A DNA stretch of 64,000 nt from a virus (lineage: Duplodnaviria; Caudoviricetes). Made by a program: the position numbers and the translations under genes. The notes under the pieces are model-generated. The model was not told the origin of the DNA, did no database searches, and was given only the letters and a program-made list of their open reading frames with translations. Of this stretch, positions 63,401-64,000 are shown piece after piece. The stretch covers positions 7,105 to 71,104 of IMG/VR virus record IMGVR_UViG_2515154105_000002. One strand, 5' to 3'. How positions within the stretch are numbered: position 1 is the first letter of the stretch; the number at the start of each line of letters is the position of its first letter.

Positions 63401-64000
63401 TTACAACTCGTCTAGCTCGGCCTGAACCAAGGCCCGCGCTTCCTCTCCGTAGAGCGCATCGCGCTTGAGCACTGCGAAAGCTCTGCTGTAGATCGCGACT
63501 TGCTCGTCATCAGTGATCGTTGGTGTGTCTCCGTAGTTCTCGATCTCGACGCGTGCGCCGTCGAAGAGGCTGAACGAGTTGCCGGGGTAGATGCCGAGCT
63601 GGGCTCGCTCGGGAATCACGCCCAGCGTGAGCCCTGGGAGGCCGAACGAGTGCAGAATGCGTGCGAGTTGCCCGCGCATGGTTTGGACCCCGCCGACGTT
63701 ACGGCGCAGCGCGGACTCGCCGAGCAGTACGTGATAGGTGCGACCGTCCTGGCCGATGAGTTCCGCCCGAGCTGTCCGGGCGGCAACTCCGGCTTCGATG
63801 TCATCGGGAAAGCCGTGGAAGTCGACGACGAGCTTCAGCATGGCGCGTACGTAGTCTGGCGTCTGCAGATTGCCCCAGACGATGTTCTGGCAGTAGTGCT
63901 GGGAGTCCGTTGTGCTGCGAACGAGGTCGAGGAAGGCTTCTTGAGTGGGGCCCATTCCTTCTCTGTGGAGTTCGGACCAGGCTTTCGTGGGCTTCGGCAT
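63401..64000 (-). CDS. DUF5753 domain protein (XRE/Scr1-type regulator C-domain), probably 5'-truncated by window
   Basis: GNLQTPDYVRA, LGESALRRNVGG..MRGQL, SFSLFD, AIYSRAF. Confidence 0.8.
   Translation of the reverse strand: MPKPTKAWSELHREGMGPTQEAFLDLVRSTTDSQHYCQNIVWGNLQTPDYVRAMLKLVVDFHGFPDDIEAGVAARTARAELIGQDGRTYHVLLGESALRRNVGGVQTMRGQLARILHSFGLPGLTLGVIPERAQLGIYPGNSFSLFDGARVEIENYGDTPTITDDEQVAIYSRAFAVLKRDALYGEEARALVQAELDEL

Overview
High-GC actinobacterial (Streptomyces-like) DNA that is almost entirely one siphovirus-type prophage or phage-plasmid. Left arm (+ strand, ~1.1-7.3 kb): replication and recombination genes (HTH, Rep initiator, DnaC/IstB loader, membrane protein, AAA ATPase), then a ~730-bp non-coding array of about 35 GCGCGC/GGCGCGCC sites. 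From ~62.7 kb down to ~9.2 kb the - strand carries the virion cluster: portal-MuF fusion, a 5423-aa DarB-like N6-MTase/SNF2 polyvalent protein containing a nested TnpV-like gene, a prohead protease fused to an Acb1-like 2H phosphoesterase, HK97 capsid, neck, tail tube, frameshifted tail chaperones, tape measure, baseplate, a modular tail fibre and a holin. Insertions include two HNH genes, a defective IS5-family element carrying TetR and DUF1772, a pentapeptide-repeat cassette, a lipoprotein and a secreted NucA/NucB-type nuclease with a convergent partner. No terminase, integrase or endolysin is recognisable in the window. Main observations: (1) a probable head-cargo system, in which the protease C-terminal peptide recurs three times in the giant protein and ExK-type candidate cleavage sites bracket cargo domains; (2) 16 copies of a near-fixed-spacing late-promoter motif; (3) six dispersed palindromic operator-like sites; (4) the GGCGCGCC array. 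All family calls come from motif recognition by eye, not database searches.
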